Source of the DNA: an uncultured virus (IMG/VR IMGVR_UViG_3300037067_023910)
Taxonomy: Duplodnaviria > Heunggongvirae > Uroviricota > Caudoviricetes
Length of the DNA: 64,000 nucleotides
Direction: 5' to 3' (one strand)
Virus record (IMG/VR): IMGVR_UViG_3300037067_023910
The notes beneath the pieces are model-generated. The model did not search any database and was not told the DNA's origin. It saw nothing but the letters and a program-made list of their open reading frames with translations. A program made the translations under genes and the position numbers. Positions 16,305-26,305 of the stretch are shown in pieces (position 1 is the stretch's first letter; the number at the start of each line of letters is the position of its first letter).

Positions 16305-19300
16305 TTATTGCTTTCTCGGGGGGTGGGCCAGTTTATATTCGCCGGGGTTGGGGGTAAATAATGTCCCGTCCTTGACCCATTCACCCAAAGCATTTTTAAT
16401 AAAATCGGGTGTCACCCCTTCGGTCGCAGAAAGTGTCTCCCAGAGGTCTTCAAATGTAATCCCTTCTTTGGGAGCCGCAAGCTGCAAATCCCCGATCTTT
16501 CTTTGGACGACATTTAATAAATTCCGCTTTTTCGTCGCCACATTCATAATATCTATTTCGTCAATTTTTTGATTCGACACCCCAGAGGGGGCCTGGCAAT
16601 TAATCACGTCCACGATAATATTATTTTCGCCCTTGGAAGAATTGGAAGATTGAGGTGTTGACACTTTATTTTCGGTTTCCTTAGTCACATAAAGCCCGAC
16701 TTCACCTTGGGAAAAATACAAATTATTATCCGCATCATCAAAAGATTTCCAATCTTCAAAAGGCACCACGACGACCCGCATTCGTTTGAATCGTTTGACC
16801 CCATTCAAAACATAAGCCGTGTTAAAGGAGCCTTCTAAAGTATGGGGAAACGTGGCGATCAGGCGAGATTGAAACATTTTTGAGGTCCATTTAATTTTGC
16901 CATAGCCTTCATATTGAAATTGAATTTCCCGGATATTATTGATATTCCAAGCCCACCCGCGTTTCAAAAGGTCATTATCAGCCTTATCTTTATAGGTTGC
17001 AGTGCCCAATGGTGTTTTGATCCAAGTCGTTTCATCTTGGCGGATCGCTTCAAGCCCATTTAAGGTTAAAACCCCCTCCTTTAGGTAGGAACTTTCCCGG
17101 ATCCGGCCCCGTAAGATTTGGTCTTGCATTAAGGAAAATAAGTCATCGGAAATATAGGACGCGGATTGGTCTAAAATCGGGAGTAAGGGTGCTAAGTCTA
17201 CAGTGATATTGAAGATTTCTTTCATCAACAAAGCCCCAAACCCAAAGATTTGATAGGTCTTATATTTCCGGTTTTTCCGGAGTTTACATAACACAGGAGG
17301 CATGACAATGGACTTTATTTTTGCCCGAATTGTTTCCATGGTCCAATCTTTGGTATGTTCATATAAGAGCCACATTAACCCTCCGACTGGGAATGAATCG
17401 ACGGCATCGCCCCATTCTGGGCGTTCAATCAATTCATCAATAAAGAAAATAATGGTCCGGGTCACAAAATTTGGGTCACAAAACCAGTCAGGGAGGTCAT
17501 TACACGTCAAAGCCAGGGCGGCTAAATAGGCTTTTTGGACAGAAGCGAATTGTTTATTCTCTCCCGCCCCTTTTTTGAACATATATTGGTCTAACGTCAA
17601 ATAAGACTTCAAGACGTCCAAGAATTTGGCGTCAGTATGGGTGATGTCATCTAACCCAACGGGAAAGGTGCTGGAAGCAATATAGGACTCAAATTGGGAC
17701 AAATGTTCCACCGTGCTGGAATTAATAAAAGAAGACCCTTTTTCATGCTTGAGTCCAAACATGACACATAGGATCATTTCAATGAAGGGTGACTTGCCAA
17801 ATTCTCCGGGCCCCTGTAATACCAACAAAGACATCAGCTTAGTGATATTACGGATGACATACGCAAAAGGTGCCTGGATGCCCCAACAAAATAACAATTC
17901 TTTATATTTAATCCCCGTCAAATCATAAATTTTGCGGAATTTTTCAATGACTACGGCTTTATCAAAAGTCTTTTTCATGATCTTATCGACCAGGAAAAAT
18001 AAATCACAGCCCGTTTGTTCTTGGAGCAAGATAATGGCATTGGAAGGTAAACTCCACCCTGACTCAATAAACCCTAACCGGGTTTCAACTAACCCCGTCT
18101 CGTCGGGAAATTGTTCAAAATATTGTTGGAGGGGGTGATTTGCAACGTTAATTGACCGGGACGCCACGGCACATTCCGAATGGATTTTGGCCTTTAAACT
18201 ATCAAACGTCACATCATAAAAGGAATTCACCGTTGTATTTATCCGAATATACCCAATATATCGCCATTGAGAATTTGGGCCTTGCTTGACTTGATACCGG
18301 TGTTCAATTTTCAGTTCAGTCCACCCATACAGTTTTTGGGTGACAGGGTGTTCTTGGACCAGTTTGTCCACAAAAATACCCTTTTCGGGGATTAAATACA
18401 CCCGGGAATCATGTTCCGAAGTAATTTGGTAAGGATAGGTCCCGATGACCGCGATAGAATTAGCTTCAAGGCAATAATCACAAAAACAAGATTCGGCCTT
18501 TTTTCGATTTAATGCTTGGCGGGGCCGGAGGGTAATTATCCCAATAATCGCGACGATGTCCCCGGGTTTCGTGTAGTTGATCAAATAGTCTTGCACTTCG
18601 ACCAACATAATTTCCGGAAAGCCATTTTCGGTCGGATTGACATTTAAACAACTATCATGGACATAGAGTTTTTGAGAAGGGACCTGGACTAAATCTTTTT
18701 GAGTTAATTTCCAATCCCGCGTATTTCGACACGAGCTGTTGGAACATTCCCGAGGGACCACTAAATCTTCTTCATCGGTCTGCAACTCTTTCATAATATT
18801 TCCACAGACCGGGCATTCAAAAGACGCTTCTGTGAGGCGGGGCCGGGCTTTTCCTTGTAAGGTCACAATTCCATTGATTTGGATTAATGTGCCATTTTTG
18901 GACGTCGACTGGAGGTCTTTAATGTGTTTGGCCAATGTGAGGTCATTTTTGGGGGCCGAAAAGACAGGTCGAATTTTTTCCGGGCCATCCTTTTGGCCCC
19001 CGGCGGAAGCCATCATGAGATCAGTAATGACCACTTCGAATTCATGAAAGGCCATTTTGGGGTCTTCGAGGAGATAGGCATAAAGGACCGGATCATATTG
19101 GAGTATATCTTCCAAATCAATCGGAATAAGGGGGTCGGTTTGAGAATAGGCTAAGGCGATCCTTTGTTGATATTTAAAAATGACCTTTTTTTCAATGGTC
19201 GGGGGGTCTGTCGAATTATCGCCCGCTGGTTTGGCGACCTCGACTGTCTCTTCATAATTTTTCAGAAATTCTTCAATAATAGTATAGGGATTATTAGGGG

Positions 19301-19343
19301 TCGTATATGGGGTTTCGACGTCATGAGGTTTTTCACTGGTCAT
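16305..19343 (-). CDS. Chimeric replicative helicase: MCM N-terminal/OB/Zn domain, SF3/DUF927-like ATPase, MCM-type C-terminal winged helix
   Basis: IDLEDILQYDPVL, FECPVCGN..CSNSSC, KPGDIVAIIGI, LEANSI (MCM N-terminus); GPGEFGKS, VGLDD, LTCN, FVTR (ATPase); GTLFTPNPGEYKL (MCM wH). Confidence 0.8.
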   Translation of the reverse strand: MTSEKPHDVETPYTTPNNPYTIIEEFLKNYEETVEVAKPAGDNSTDPPTIEKKVIFKYQQRIALAYSQTDPLIPIDLEDILQYDPVLYAYLLEDPKMAFHEFEVVITDLMMASAGGQKDGPEKIRPVFSAPKNDLTLAKHIKDLQSTSKNGTLIQINGIVTLQGKARPRLTEASFECPVCGNIMKELQTDEEDLVVPRECSNSSCRNTRDWKLTQKDLVQVPSQKLYVHDSCLNVNPTENGFPEIMLVEVQDYLINYTKPGDIVAIIGIITLRPRQALNRKKAESCFCDYCLEANSIAVIGTYPYQITSEHDSRVYLIPEKGIFVDKLVQEHPVTQKLYGWTELKIEHRYQVKQGPNSQWRYIGYIRINTTVNSFYDVTFDSLKAKIHSECAVASRSINVANHPLQQYFEQFPDETGLVETRLGFIESGWSLPSNAIILLQEQTGCDLFFLVDKIMKKTFDKAVVIEKFRKIYDLTGIKYKELLFCWGIQAPFAYVIRNITKLMSLLVLQGPGEFGKSPFIEMILCVMFGLKHEKGSSFINSSTVEHLSQFESYIASSTFPVGLDDITHTDAKFLDVLKSYLTLDQYMFKKGAGENKQFASVQKAYLAALALTCNDLPDWFCDPNFVTRTIIFFIDELIERPEWGDAVDSFPVGGLMWLLYEHTKDWTMETIRAKIKSIVMPPVLCKLRKNRKYKTYQIFGFGALLMKEIFNITVDLAPLLPILDQSASYISDDLFSLMQDQILRGRIRESSYLKEGVLTLNGLEAIRQDETTWIKTPLGTATYKDKADNDLLKRGWAWNINNIREIQFQYEGYGKIKWTSKMFQSRLIATFPHTLEGSFNTAYVLNGVKRFKRMRVVVVPFEDWKSFDDADNNLYFSQGEVGLYVTKETENKVSTPQSSNSSKGENNIIVDVINCQAPSGVSNQKIDEIDIMNVATKKRNLLNVVQRKIGDLQLAAPKEGITFEDLWETLSATEGVTPDFIKNALGEWVKDGTLFTPNPGEYKLAHPPRKQ

Positions 19344-19423
19344 AATTTTTTACCTGGTTTTTGGTCTATTGCGTAATTGGTCGCAAAAAAAGGTTCAAAA
19401 AATGAATGATTGAGAGATTCACA

Positions 19424-19846
19424 TCATTTGATATGTTTTTCGCATGTGAAATGTCCGTTCACTAAAAAGACCGGGCTCTGGTTGCACCGCGTCCGGGGGG
19501 TCTCCCGAGTTTCACAGACCGGGATTAAATTAGTCGATTTCGACCGGGTAATGGTATTTCGCAAAATCGTGAGGATTTTATGCAGAGTCCGCATAGTGCC
19601 TTCCTTATTGTTCATTCCCAGTGTGGTCTTGGCCGAGTCCGCCAAAGCTTCAAGGGTCGTCAATTGATTCCACCCTAACTTCGGTGTTCGTTTTACTACA
19701 TGGACGATGTGGTGGGCAATAGGCTCGGTCAGTCCACAGACCACACAAATAAAATAGGTGTGGTGCCCCAAGGGGTTTTTGTCCCAATACTGGCTTTGGA
19801 CTGCGTGGCAGTAGGGGCATTCTATGACAACTTGTTTAGGTTGCAT
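19424..19846 (-). CDS. Zn-finger protein
   Basis: CPYC...CVVC. Confidence 0.6.
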   Translation of the reverse strand: MQPKQVVIECPYCHAVQSQYWDKNPLGHHTYFICVVCGLTEPIAHHIVHVVKRTPKLGWNQLTTLEALADSAKTTLGMNNKEGTMRTLHKILTILRNTITRSKSTNLIPVCETRETPRTRCNQSPVFLVNGHFTCEKHIK

Positions 19847-20202
19847 AGTATTCGCTCCATTAAAACGCCCCTTTCGGGTGGTTCGGGCACTGAAGATTCG
19901 GGTTCACTCATATAGATACATAGACCTGAATTCGGGATTTTAATATATAATTGGTCACCGCGGAATTCGTGTTCGGCCCGCCAGCATTTGAAGCATTTAT
20001 GGTTTAGAAGTTCCCACCACGACCCGGGAGTTAGAGGGTGTGTAATCACAAAGAATTCAGAATTACTGGTCTGTTTACATTGCTGAAATCGGCATTCATC
20101 ACAACCAACGAAAGTAGGGTCGTCGCGGTTTTCACAATAATCGCAGCGTTCATCATCGGCGAGTTTATCGGCATTGAGTTGAAAATTATTGAATCGGTCC
20201 AT
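19822..20202 (-). CDS. Cys-rich Zn-finger protein
   Basis: CDYC, CDEC, CFKC. Confidence 0.6.
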   Translation of the reverse strand: MDRFNNFQLNADKLADDERCDYCENRDDPTFVGCDECRFQQCKQTSNSEFFVITHPLTPGSWWELLNHKCFKCWRAEHEFRGDQLYIKIPNSGLCIYMSEPESSVPEPPERGVLMERILCNLNKLS

Positions 20203-20450
20203 AATGGTCCCTCTTGGGCTTATTTTGTTTTTCGATAAGATCTATATCGGCTTGCCAATCTATTTCCATAAGTTCTTCATCTTGCCAAGCTTGAAATTCT
20301 CGGGCATATTCTTCCTCGACTTGTAAAATTACTTTGGCCGATTGTCCCAAAGCATAAATCACCCCCATTAATTCTAAATTTTTGACATAAGGGGGTTGAC
20401 AAAACGCTTGAAACAATGCCCGGCACTCGCCAGTGGTCAATGACACAAGA

Positions 20451-20885
20451 TTAAGCCTCCGCGTGGGCAGCATGATAAAAGTCAAAATCACAGATCCATG
20501 CCCGTTGGTCATGCTTCCGAAACGGGACGGGGGGGATCTGTTCCACATGGCTTAACCAGATTAAGGTTAGATATTGGACCTCCCGTTTCGATTCCAGATA
20601 GACTTCGTCAATACAAATTTGGCGGCGGTATTCCGACAACATCTCAAAGGCCCAGTGGCCTTCATAATACTCGACTCGATCGGCCATAGCTTTCAGAGAA
20701 ATAGTCGGGGCCCCAGGTTTTTTGAAATAAATCGTGTCATTGGCAAATAACCGGAAGGTCTTTGGGGTCCGAGGGTAAGGGGCGTATCTTTTCAGTGATG
20801 CCCGGGACTCGATTGGTTTTGTTCCGTTTTTTACGAAATTATACCACGGGTTCTGTAGAATTGCTAAGTGGTCCATGGGGTTCAT
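20451..20885 (-). CDS. ASCH/PUA-like domain protein
   Basis: HLAILQNPWYNFVKNGTKPIESR matches the ASCH GxKxxExR motif. Confidence 0.75.
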   Translation of the reverse strand: MNPMDHLAILQNPWYNFVKNGTKPIESRASLKRYAPYPRTPKTFRLFANDTIYFKKPGAPTISLKAMADRVEYYEGHWAFEMLSEYRRQICIDEVYLESKREVQYLTLIWLSHVEQIPPVPFRKHDQRAWICDFDFYHAAHAEA

Positions 20886-21241
20886 CTCCCTCGGCGGGTT
20901 TGGTGGGCAAAGGTCGCCTTGGTAAGACTATAATTGGCACATGCGTTACAAAAGCCGCAAAAATACCCAAAGAGGGGGCATTGCATAGTTAAGCATGTCC
21001 GGCAGAGATTTTCGCCTCCACAAATGGCAGTTTGAGTTGGTGTTTCCATTTTTATTCGCTTTATTTGTGTGTGGGTATAAAGCCCCCGGAGGGACATCGT
21101 TAAAAAAATGAGATTTAAGACTAAATAGGGCCATTGGGCCGTGGCGGCAAAATAGACCACATTAAAACTATTGGCCACAGTATAACAAACATTGACCCGG
21201 GTGAGGTCACAGATCGGCTTCGCGGTTTCACGGGCCCCCAC
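20882..21241 (-). CDS. Small membrane protein with Cys-rich tail (start uncertain)
   Basis: Hydrophobic helices, CRTC..C..CGFCNAC; the frame stays open and hydrophobic upstream to about 21298. Confidence 0.55.
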   Translation of the reverse strand: MGARETAKPICDLTRVNVCYTVANSFNVVYFAATAQWPYLVLNLIFLTMSLRGLYTHTQIKRIKMETPTQTAICGGENLCRTCLTMQCPLFGYFCGFCNACANYSLTKATFAHQTRRGR

Positions 21242-21266
21242 AATGGAGAAGGCCGTAAAAACCCAA

Positions 21267-21734
21267 CTAAGCCACTGGAGTAGGTAACTCAGGGGGCATC
21301 ACCCGGACATTAGGGTCTGCAATTGCAAATTGAGCATAGCAGTCATCGAAAAAATCGACCTCAAGGGCTAAGGCAGCAAATTTGGCTAAGACTTGCGTCT
21401 TATAAGTGACCATTTGGGCCAGAAATTCCGCCGTTTTGGCTTTACTGTTCACAATGTCTAACATTTCTTTGGTCGACAAGGCAAAGTCCCGGCAGATAAT
21501 ATGGTCGCGGGGGATCGCAAAATAACTGCCAATCTGGGCCTTTACGTCAGGGTGGCGGGTCGTGCAAATATAGACCAATTCCCCCGCGTTGCGGAGTTCC
21601 TTAAAATAACTCAATAAAGGCAATTCATGTTCAACATCTAAGATAAGGTATAAATTGGCCTTATCCGTTTCGGGGTTACAATGGACGAGGGTGTCGTCCA
21701 TATCAAAGACATATACTTTTTTTGAAGGCTTCAT
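21267..21734 (-). CDS. HAD-superfamily phosphatase
   Basis: YVFDMDDTL (motif I), CTTR (II), K, FFDD (IV); likely start MKPSKK at 21734. Confidence 0.8.
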   Translation of the reverse strand: MKPSKKVYVFDMDDTLVHCNPETDKANLYLILDVEHELPLLSYFKELRNAGELVYICTTRHPDVKAQIGSYFAIPRDHIICRDFALSTKEMLDIVNSKAKTAEFLAQMVTYKTQVLAKFAALALEVDFFDDCYAQFAIADPNVRVMPPELPTPVA

Positions 21735-21797
21735 AGGTAATCCATTCCAGAAATGTGAAAAGAAACGAAAAAAACGACAAATTCTAAGCGTCACAGC

Positions 21798-22196
21798 TTA
21801 GGTTTTTTTTAAAATTTTTAACTCAGGGATCCCGGGGATTGTTGTTGGAGTGGTAGTAATCCGGTAAGTCACCCATCGGTCGGGGGTGGGATTCCCCCCC
21901 CGTTGGTAAAAGAGCATACCTTTGACCATGGTAATTTGGAAGGGTATTTTCTCACCCGGGCTGAGAGCCGGGAGTTGAATGGAAAATTCTTCTTCCCCCG
22001 CAGCTAAGGCTTGTCTGGCCCGTAAATTAATTTGTTTTAAATTGTCAAACTCACTTCGGGTTAGTTGAATAGAAGAAGGCTTTTTTTGCGGCCCTTGGTG
22101 ACCCGCCCGGCCTTTAAACGATGGTTTTTGGTGTAATTTCGCTTGTTGCTTGGCCCGTTCCCTGGCCCGGAGTTTTTCTAACTGGCGTTTTTTCAT
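21798..22196 (-). CDS. Basic hypothetical protein
   Basis: 132-aa ORF overlapping the TFB stop codon. Confidence 0.6.
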   Translation of the reverse strand: MKKRQLEKLRARERAKQQAKLHQKPSFKGRAGHQGPQKKPSSIQLTRSEFDNLKQINLRARQALAAGEEEFSIQLPALSPGEKIPFQITMVKGMLFYQRGGNPTPDRWVTYRITTTPTTIPGIPELKILKKT

Positions 22197-23062
22197 AAGG
22201 CTTCCTCTTTCGTTTTTAACCCCTTCAACCCTTGGGGTGGAGCGAACTTCTTAAGGTGGGGTCTAAGGTAGAGATAAAATATGTTCCGAAGACTGAACTC
22301 CTTCACATGGGGGACGAAACTGGCCAACGTGAGCCGCTTCGGTATCTTTAACCATGCCGCCGCAATTCTGTCTGCGGAATAGATAATTGCAAACGCTAAA
22401 TTTCGGGGGTTAACCCCTTTATATTTCGGCAGCACCGTTAATAGGGCATACGCATATTTTCGCACCAATTCCGTATATGGGAGCGACACGGTTTCGACCG
22501 AAAAAAAATGCCCTAATGCGTTTTCGAGATAGTCTTTGACGGTAACAGTCTTAAATTTAGGCATGTGGTCGCGAATAATACGACGAACAGTTGATAGCTT
22601 AAAGTTATGCCCCGTAGTTTTGTATGCCGCTTGGATATGGTCCCAAGTGATGGCCGTATATTTCAGTTCTCGGACTGCCACCCACAACGCCGCGGCCCCA
22701 AATTGGACCATCCAATTTTTTTGGGGGTGGCTGTGGTGGTATAAGTAAATCGCTCGGTCGCGGACGGCTGCTGGGACTTCGAGGAGTTTACAAATTTGGG
22801 CGATCACCAATACCGGGCGGCGAGCTGCTCGGTAGGGGTTGACCACATTATTATCGATCTTTGCTAACCGCCGCCATTTTTGGCTTGAGAGATAATTTAA
22901 ATCCGCCAAGGCGAAGTGAAATGTATTGTCTGCCCGAATCGGGCCGTAATAACTGTATGTAAACTCTTTCTGATAGGGGCGAATAAATTCTTGTTCCCCA
23001 ACGGTGCCACATTGCGTGCACACCTCGAACCCGCTATCTATTATATTGGTATGATTGCACAT
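22193..23062 (-). CDS. tfb: Transcription factor B (TFIIB) homologue 1
   Basis: Zn ribbon CNH...CTQCG, linker KWRRL, two cyclin repeats (AAALWVAVR; GVNPRNLAFAIIY), terminal HTH EFSLRN. Confidence 0.85.
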   Translation of the reverse strand: MCNHTNIIDSGFEVCTQCGTVGEQEFIRPYQKEFTYSYYGPIRADNTFHFALADLNYLSSQKWRRLAKIDNNVVNPYRAARRPVLVIAQICKLLEVPAAVRDRAIYLYHHSHPQKNWMVQFGAAALWVAVRELKYTAITWDHIQAAYKTTGHNFKLSTVRRIIRDHMPKFKTVTVKDYLENALGHFFSVETVSLPYTELVRKYAYALLTVLPKYKGVNPRNLAFAIIYSADRIAAAWLKIPKRLTLASFVPHVKEFSLRNIFYLYLRPHLKKFAPPQGLKGLKTKEEAL

Positions 23063-23088
23063 GTTTTATTTGTCCTGGTCTGTTGTTT

Positions 23089-23379
23089 TCATTTTATATT
23101 TTTCTTGTTTTCTTTTTCTTTCCATTCGGGGTGACATTCAGCAATATGGGCCATAATTCCCGCATGAAGGTCTTGAAATTCGATCGCTTTATCACATTTC
23201 AGACAAAACAAATCATCAATATCGAGGATCTCATCATTAAAAGCTTTCGGAATGTCCCATTCACCCTTTCGTAAAATAGGGTGAATATCACGGGTAATTG
23301 TGACTAAAAAATTCTGTTGAATTATTCTGGCATATTTCATATTTGACCACATTCCACTGCGGTGGCAGTTTTTTATCAA
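23089..23379 (-). CDS. C2H2-like Zn-finger protein
   Basis: CLKC...HIAECH. Confidence 0.55.
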   Translation of the reverse strand: MIKNCHRSGMWSNMKYARIIQQNFLVTITRDIHPILRKGEWDIPKAFNDEILDIDDLFCLKCDKAIEFQDLHAGIMAHIAECHPEWKEKENKKNIK

Positions 23380-23569
23380 ATTTTAGATATAAATGTCATT
23401 ATGGGCGTTCACTGTATTATCACCAGGGGCGGCTAATTGTTCTAATAATTCCTTTTTCGAGACTTCAATTTCATATCGCTTGACCCCAATAAGGATACAA
23501 ACGATCGCTTGTTGATCTTTGAATGCAATGAACAAATGTTTCTCTTCATTTTTCTTTTTTTTTGCCAAA

Positions 23570-24241
23570 TTATTTGTTCTCCTTGCTGGGGATTAAAAAA
23601 GTAGTTAAAGCTTTGAATTTCTTCCATTTTTGGGCTTCTCGCTGCCGTTTATTTTCCGCAGCTTGTTTCGACCATTGTTGAAAGATCTCTTGGTGAGATT
23701 CCGCGTGGTGGTGGCATGGTTTGCAGAGAATTTGTAAATAGTTTAAATCCCAACAGAGATCATAATTTTCGATTGAAAGTAGCGAGACTGGTTTGATATG
23801 GTGAATTTGCACATCTTTATAATACAGAAATTGCCCACACCCTTCACACTGCACAAAATATGAATCGAATGGCCATTCGGGGGATGAATTGATTTTTTCT
23901 GAGACGGTTTCTCTCCAATTGGTTTTTCTCCATTTATCCACAATCACCATTCGACAACTTGGAGAACAAGTCCACATTCCGGATGATCGCTTGCCGTCTT
24001 TTCTTAACATTATTTTTCCACAATTTCGACATACTCGCCGTTTATCGCTCCCATATAAATTATAGACATCAATTGGAATACTCCGCGTCGATAGCCAATC
24101 GTTAATGATCCATTTGTGATAATATTCGGTGTTGTGTTCGTCACATAATAACCGCATTGTTTTCAAATCGGAATTGACCTCCGATGGAAAGAAACTTCGG
24201 CAGATTAGACAATGCTTAAAATACTGGTCCCCTTCGGTCAT
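23570..24241 (-). CDS. HNH endonuclease with N-terminal Zn fingers
   Basis: CEGCG...IHHIKPV...NYLQILCKPCHH. Confidence 0.85.
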   Translation of the reverse strand: MTEGDQYFKHCLICRSFFPSEVNSDLKTMRLLCDEHNTEYYHKWIINDWLSTRSIPIDVYNLYGSDKRRVCRNCGKIMLRKDGKRSSGMWTCSPSCRMVIVDKWRKTNWRETVSEKINSSPEWPFDSYFVQCEGCGQFLYYKDVQIHHIKPVSLLSIENYDLCWDLNYLQILCKPCHHHAESHQEIFQQWSKQAAENKRQREAQKWKKFKALTTFLIPSKENK

Positions 24242-24243
24242 GA

Positions 24244-24513
24244 TTATTCGCCTATTTCAGGTAACTTAAAATCGATCACTTGAGCAATTGGTTCCCGGGT
24301 CTTGGTCTTGCAGCTAAAATACCCTTGGCCTTTTTCTTCGACAAATCGGACGAGACACAGTTTACATAAATGCCACGTTTGCCACCGGCGAACCCCGGAT
24401 TTATAATGCACCACTTGCACTTTTACGGTTCCATACACTTCATTTTTACAACGCGTGATGTGGTGGTCTGTATCTTCATGGACCATTCGGCATGGACGCT
24501 TCATAAGTATCAC
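24244..24513 (-). CDS. Small Cys/His-rich protein
   Basis: 89 aa, CKLC motif, GGTGA RBS. Confidence 0.55.
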   Translation of the reverse strand: MILMKRPCRMVHEDTDHHITRCKNEVYGTVKVQVVHYKSGVRRWQTWHLCKLCLVRFVEEKGQGYFSCKTKTREPIAQVIDFKLPEIGE

Positions 24514-24517
24514 CTCA

Positions 24518-24814
24518 TCATTCTATGGGGGTATAGGGGAGTAACCCCAACCCTTCTTCACAAGCCCTACAAGGTCCGCCTTTTCTTCGGGCGACCTTTA
24601 AATACTCTTTGTATGTAATCACGGAAGAATGTTGAACGTCATAAAGCATTGCTTTCATGATTGCAATCCAATCTTTTTTGGACTCGGCTTCAAAGGGGTC
24701 TGAAAAGGCCCCAATTCCTTGCTTATCATAGTGGACTTCCATGACTTTGTATTTGCCCTTAGGAAATCGCACTAACCGGTAATTCCAATGGGTTAGGTTA
24801 CTCAATTTTCTCAC
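24518..24814 (-). CDS. Conserved viral hypothetical protein
   Basis: WNYRLV...EVHYD motif recalled from phage hypothetical proteins. Confidence 0.55.
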   Translation of the reverse strand: MRKLSNLTHWNYRLVRFPKGKYKVMEVHYDKQGIGAFSDPFEAESKKDWIAIMKAMLYDVQHSSVITYKEYLKVARRKGGPCRACEEGLGLLPYTPIE

Positions 24815-25200
24815 TGTCCTACATCAAATCGGACGATACAGTCCAAACACAGCCATTGATCATTATACCATTCATCGGCTTCTTCGCCGCATTCTTCACA
24901 TGCATGATATGGCAGAAATTGGGCTTCATAGTCCTTCAGTTTTTGTTCTTCTTCACTCATCATCTTCTCTCAATCTTCCTTATTGACGTGAAACAACAAT
25001 TTCACGTCGTTAGGTATTTTTTTTCAAGATATACATTTTTTCACTACACGTGCAAATCGGGTATTGGATATGTACACTATGCGGCTCATGTTTGGTGCAT
25101 TCACAACAATGGGTGAGCGGTTCTAACTTCTTGGCTACTTGTTCCATATAGGCGTCCAAAATAGATACAAAAGTTTCGTCTTCAGTTTTTGTTCCTTTAA

Positions 25201-25695
25201 TTATTCGACTTTTTTGATTTTTGTCCATGCTATATCTTCCTCTTCGCTATTCCAATCTTCAAATGCAGATTCTGAAAGTCGACTCCATTCATCTATGGAA
25301 TCGTTCTCATCATCTTTCATATATTCATCAATCGGCGTGTTAAAATCAGTGGGAACATCCGTTTCTTTTTCAGTAGGTTCATACCAATGGTCGCCCATGC
25401 GTTTGGAGGGGTCAACTATAAGCCTCACGCGGTCAATTATTTCTTTGAGTTGGGGGCTGACTTTGGGATAGGCTTGAATAATATATAAATCGACGGTTAG
25501 GTCGAGAGAAGCAATTGCTTCTTCGATTAGGTCAGAAATGGAAGGGCCTATCGCCATTATGTTCAAATAACTATTTCTTGCGATAAGGAATGGCTTATCG
25601 TAGAATTCGCTGTCATCGCTCTCGACCGAAAGGTATATATCAGCCAATAAAGGGGGGTATTCTTTAGACGTTAGTTTGATTTCCATAGTGTTCAC
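25201..25695 (-). CDS. Antitoxin-like protein (HicB-like segment plus DUF2281-type acidic tail)
   Basis: AIGPSISDLIEEAIASL; C-terminal LSESAFEDWNSEEEDIAW. Confidence 0.45.
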   Translation of the reverse strand: MNTMEIKLTSKEYPPLLADIYLSVESDDSEFYDKPFLIARNSYLNIMAIGPSISDLIEEAIASLDLTVDLYIIQAYPKVSPQLKEIIDRVRLIVDPSKRMGDHWYEPTEKETDVPTDFNTPIDEYMKDDENDSIDEWSRLSESAFEDWNSEEEDIAWTKIKKVE

Positions 25696-25739
25696 TTTTT
25701 TTGATTATACATTGATAAATTGAGAAATTAAGAAAAAAA

Positions 25740-26144
25740 TCATTTATTGTTTGTTTCTTCTTTGATTTGTCCTTCCTTCTTGACTAATTCTTTTAAATGA
25801 TTAAAGGCCCTCAAAGGATCGGCTTTGATATGTTTCAAAAATTTATAATGACGTTTACTTGCTGCGATTAAGGGGTAATCTATAGTGGTAATTGGCCTTC
25901 GCTCCATTTGAGTCAATGACCAATAAGACCGCCCGAGGTTCCTTTCATATCGCTGGACACAAGGGCCACAGACATAATCTTCAAATGGTGTCGCTACATC
26001 ATGATCATAATCATATTCAGAGAGATATGCGACAAAAGTATAGGCCCAATAGGCTTCATTCTTTTTACAGAAAGGACATTTCATTTTTTCGAGCCCCCTA
26101 TAACCCCGTGACCTTCCAACCGAAAGCTTGACAAATGCCTTCAA
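25740..26144 (-). CDS. Zn-finger protein
   Basis: CPFC...CGPC; true start probably MKCPF. Confidence 0.6.
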   Translation of the reverse strand: MKAFVKLSVGRSRGYRGLEKMKCPFCKKNEAYWAYTFVAYLSEYDYDHDVATPFEDYVCGPCVQRYERNLGRSYWSLTQMERRPITTIDYPLIAASKRHYKFLKHIKADPLRAFNHLKELVKKEGQIKEETNNK

Positions 26145-26305
26145 TAATAGTTTTTGCTTGTTCCGATTCTAATAAAACATAATAATCTTTAAAGGCCGTA
26201 CTCATGACCACGGGCAACTTGCCGTCGACTAAGCTGCGGACGTCCAACATTAACGCGGGTTCTATATCGTCGCCGTCTTCGTTTTCTTCAGATATGATCT
26301 TTTTT

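Noticed and set aside
16305..19343. Intein-containing canonical MCM
   Set aside because: No intein terminal motifs or LAGLIDADG blocks recognised, and the MCM AAA+ motifs are absent rather than interrupted
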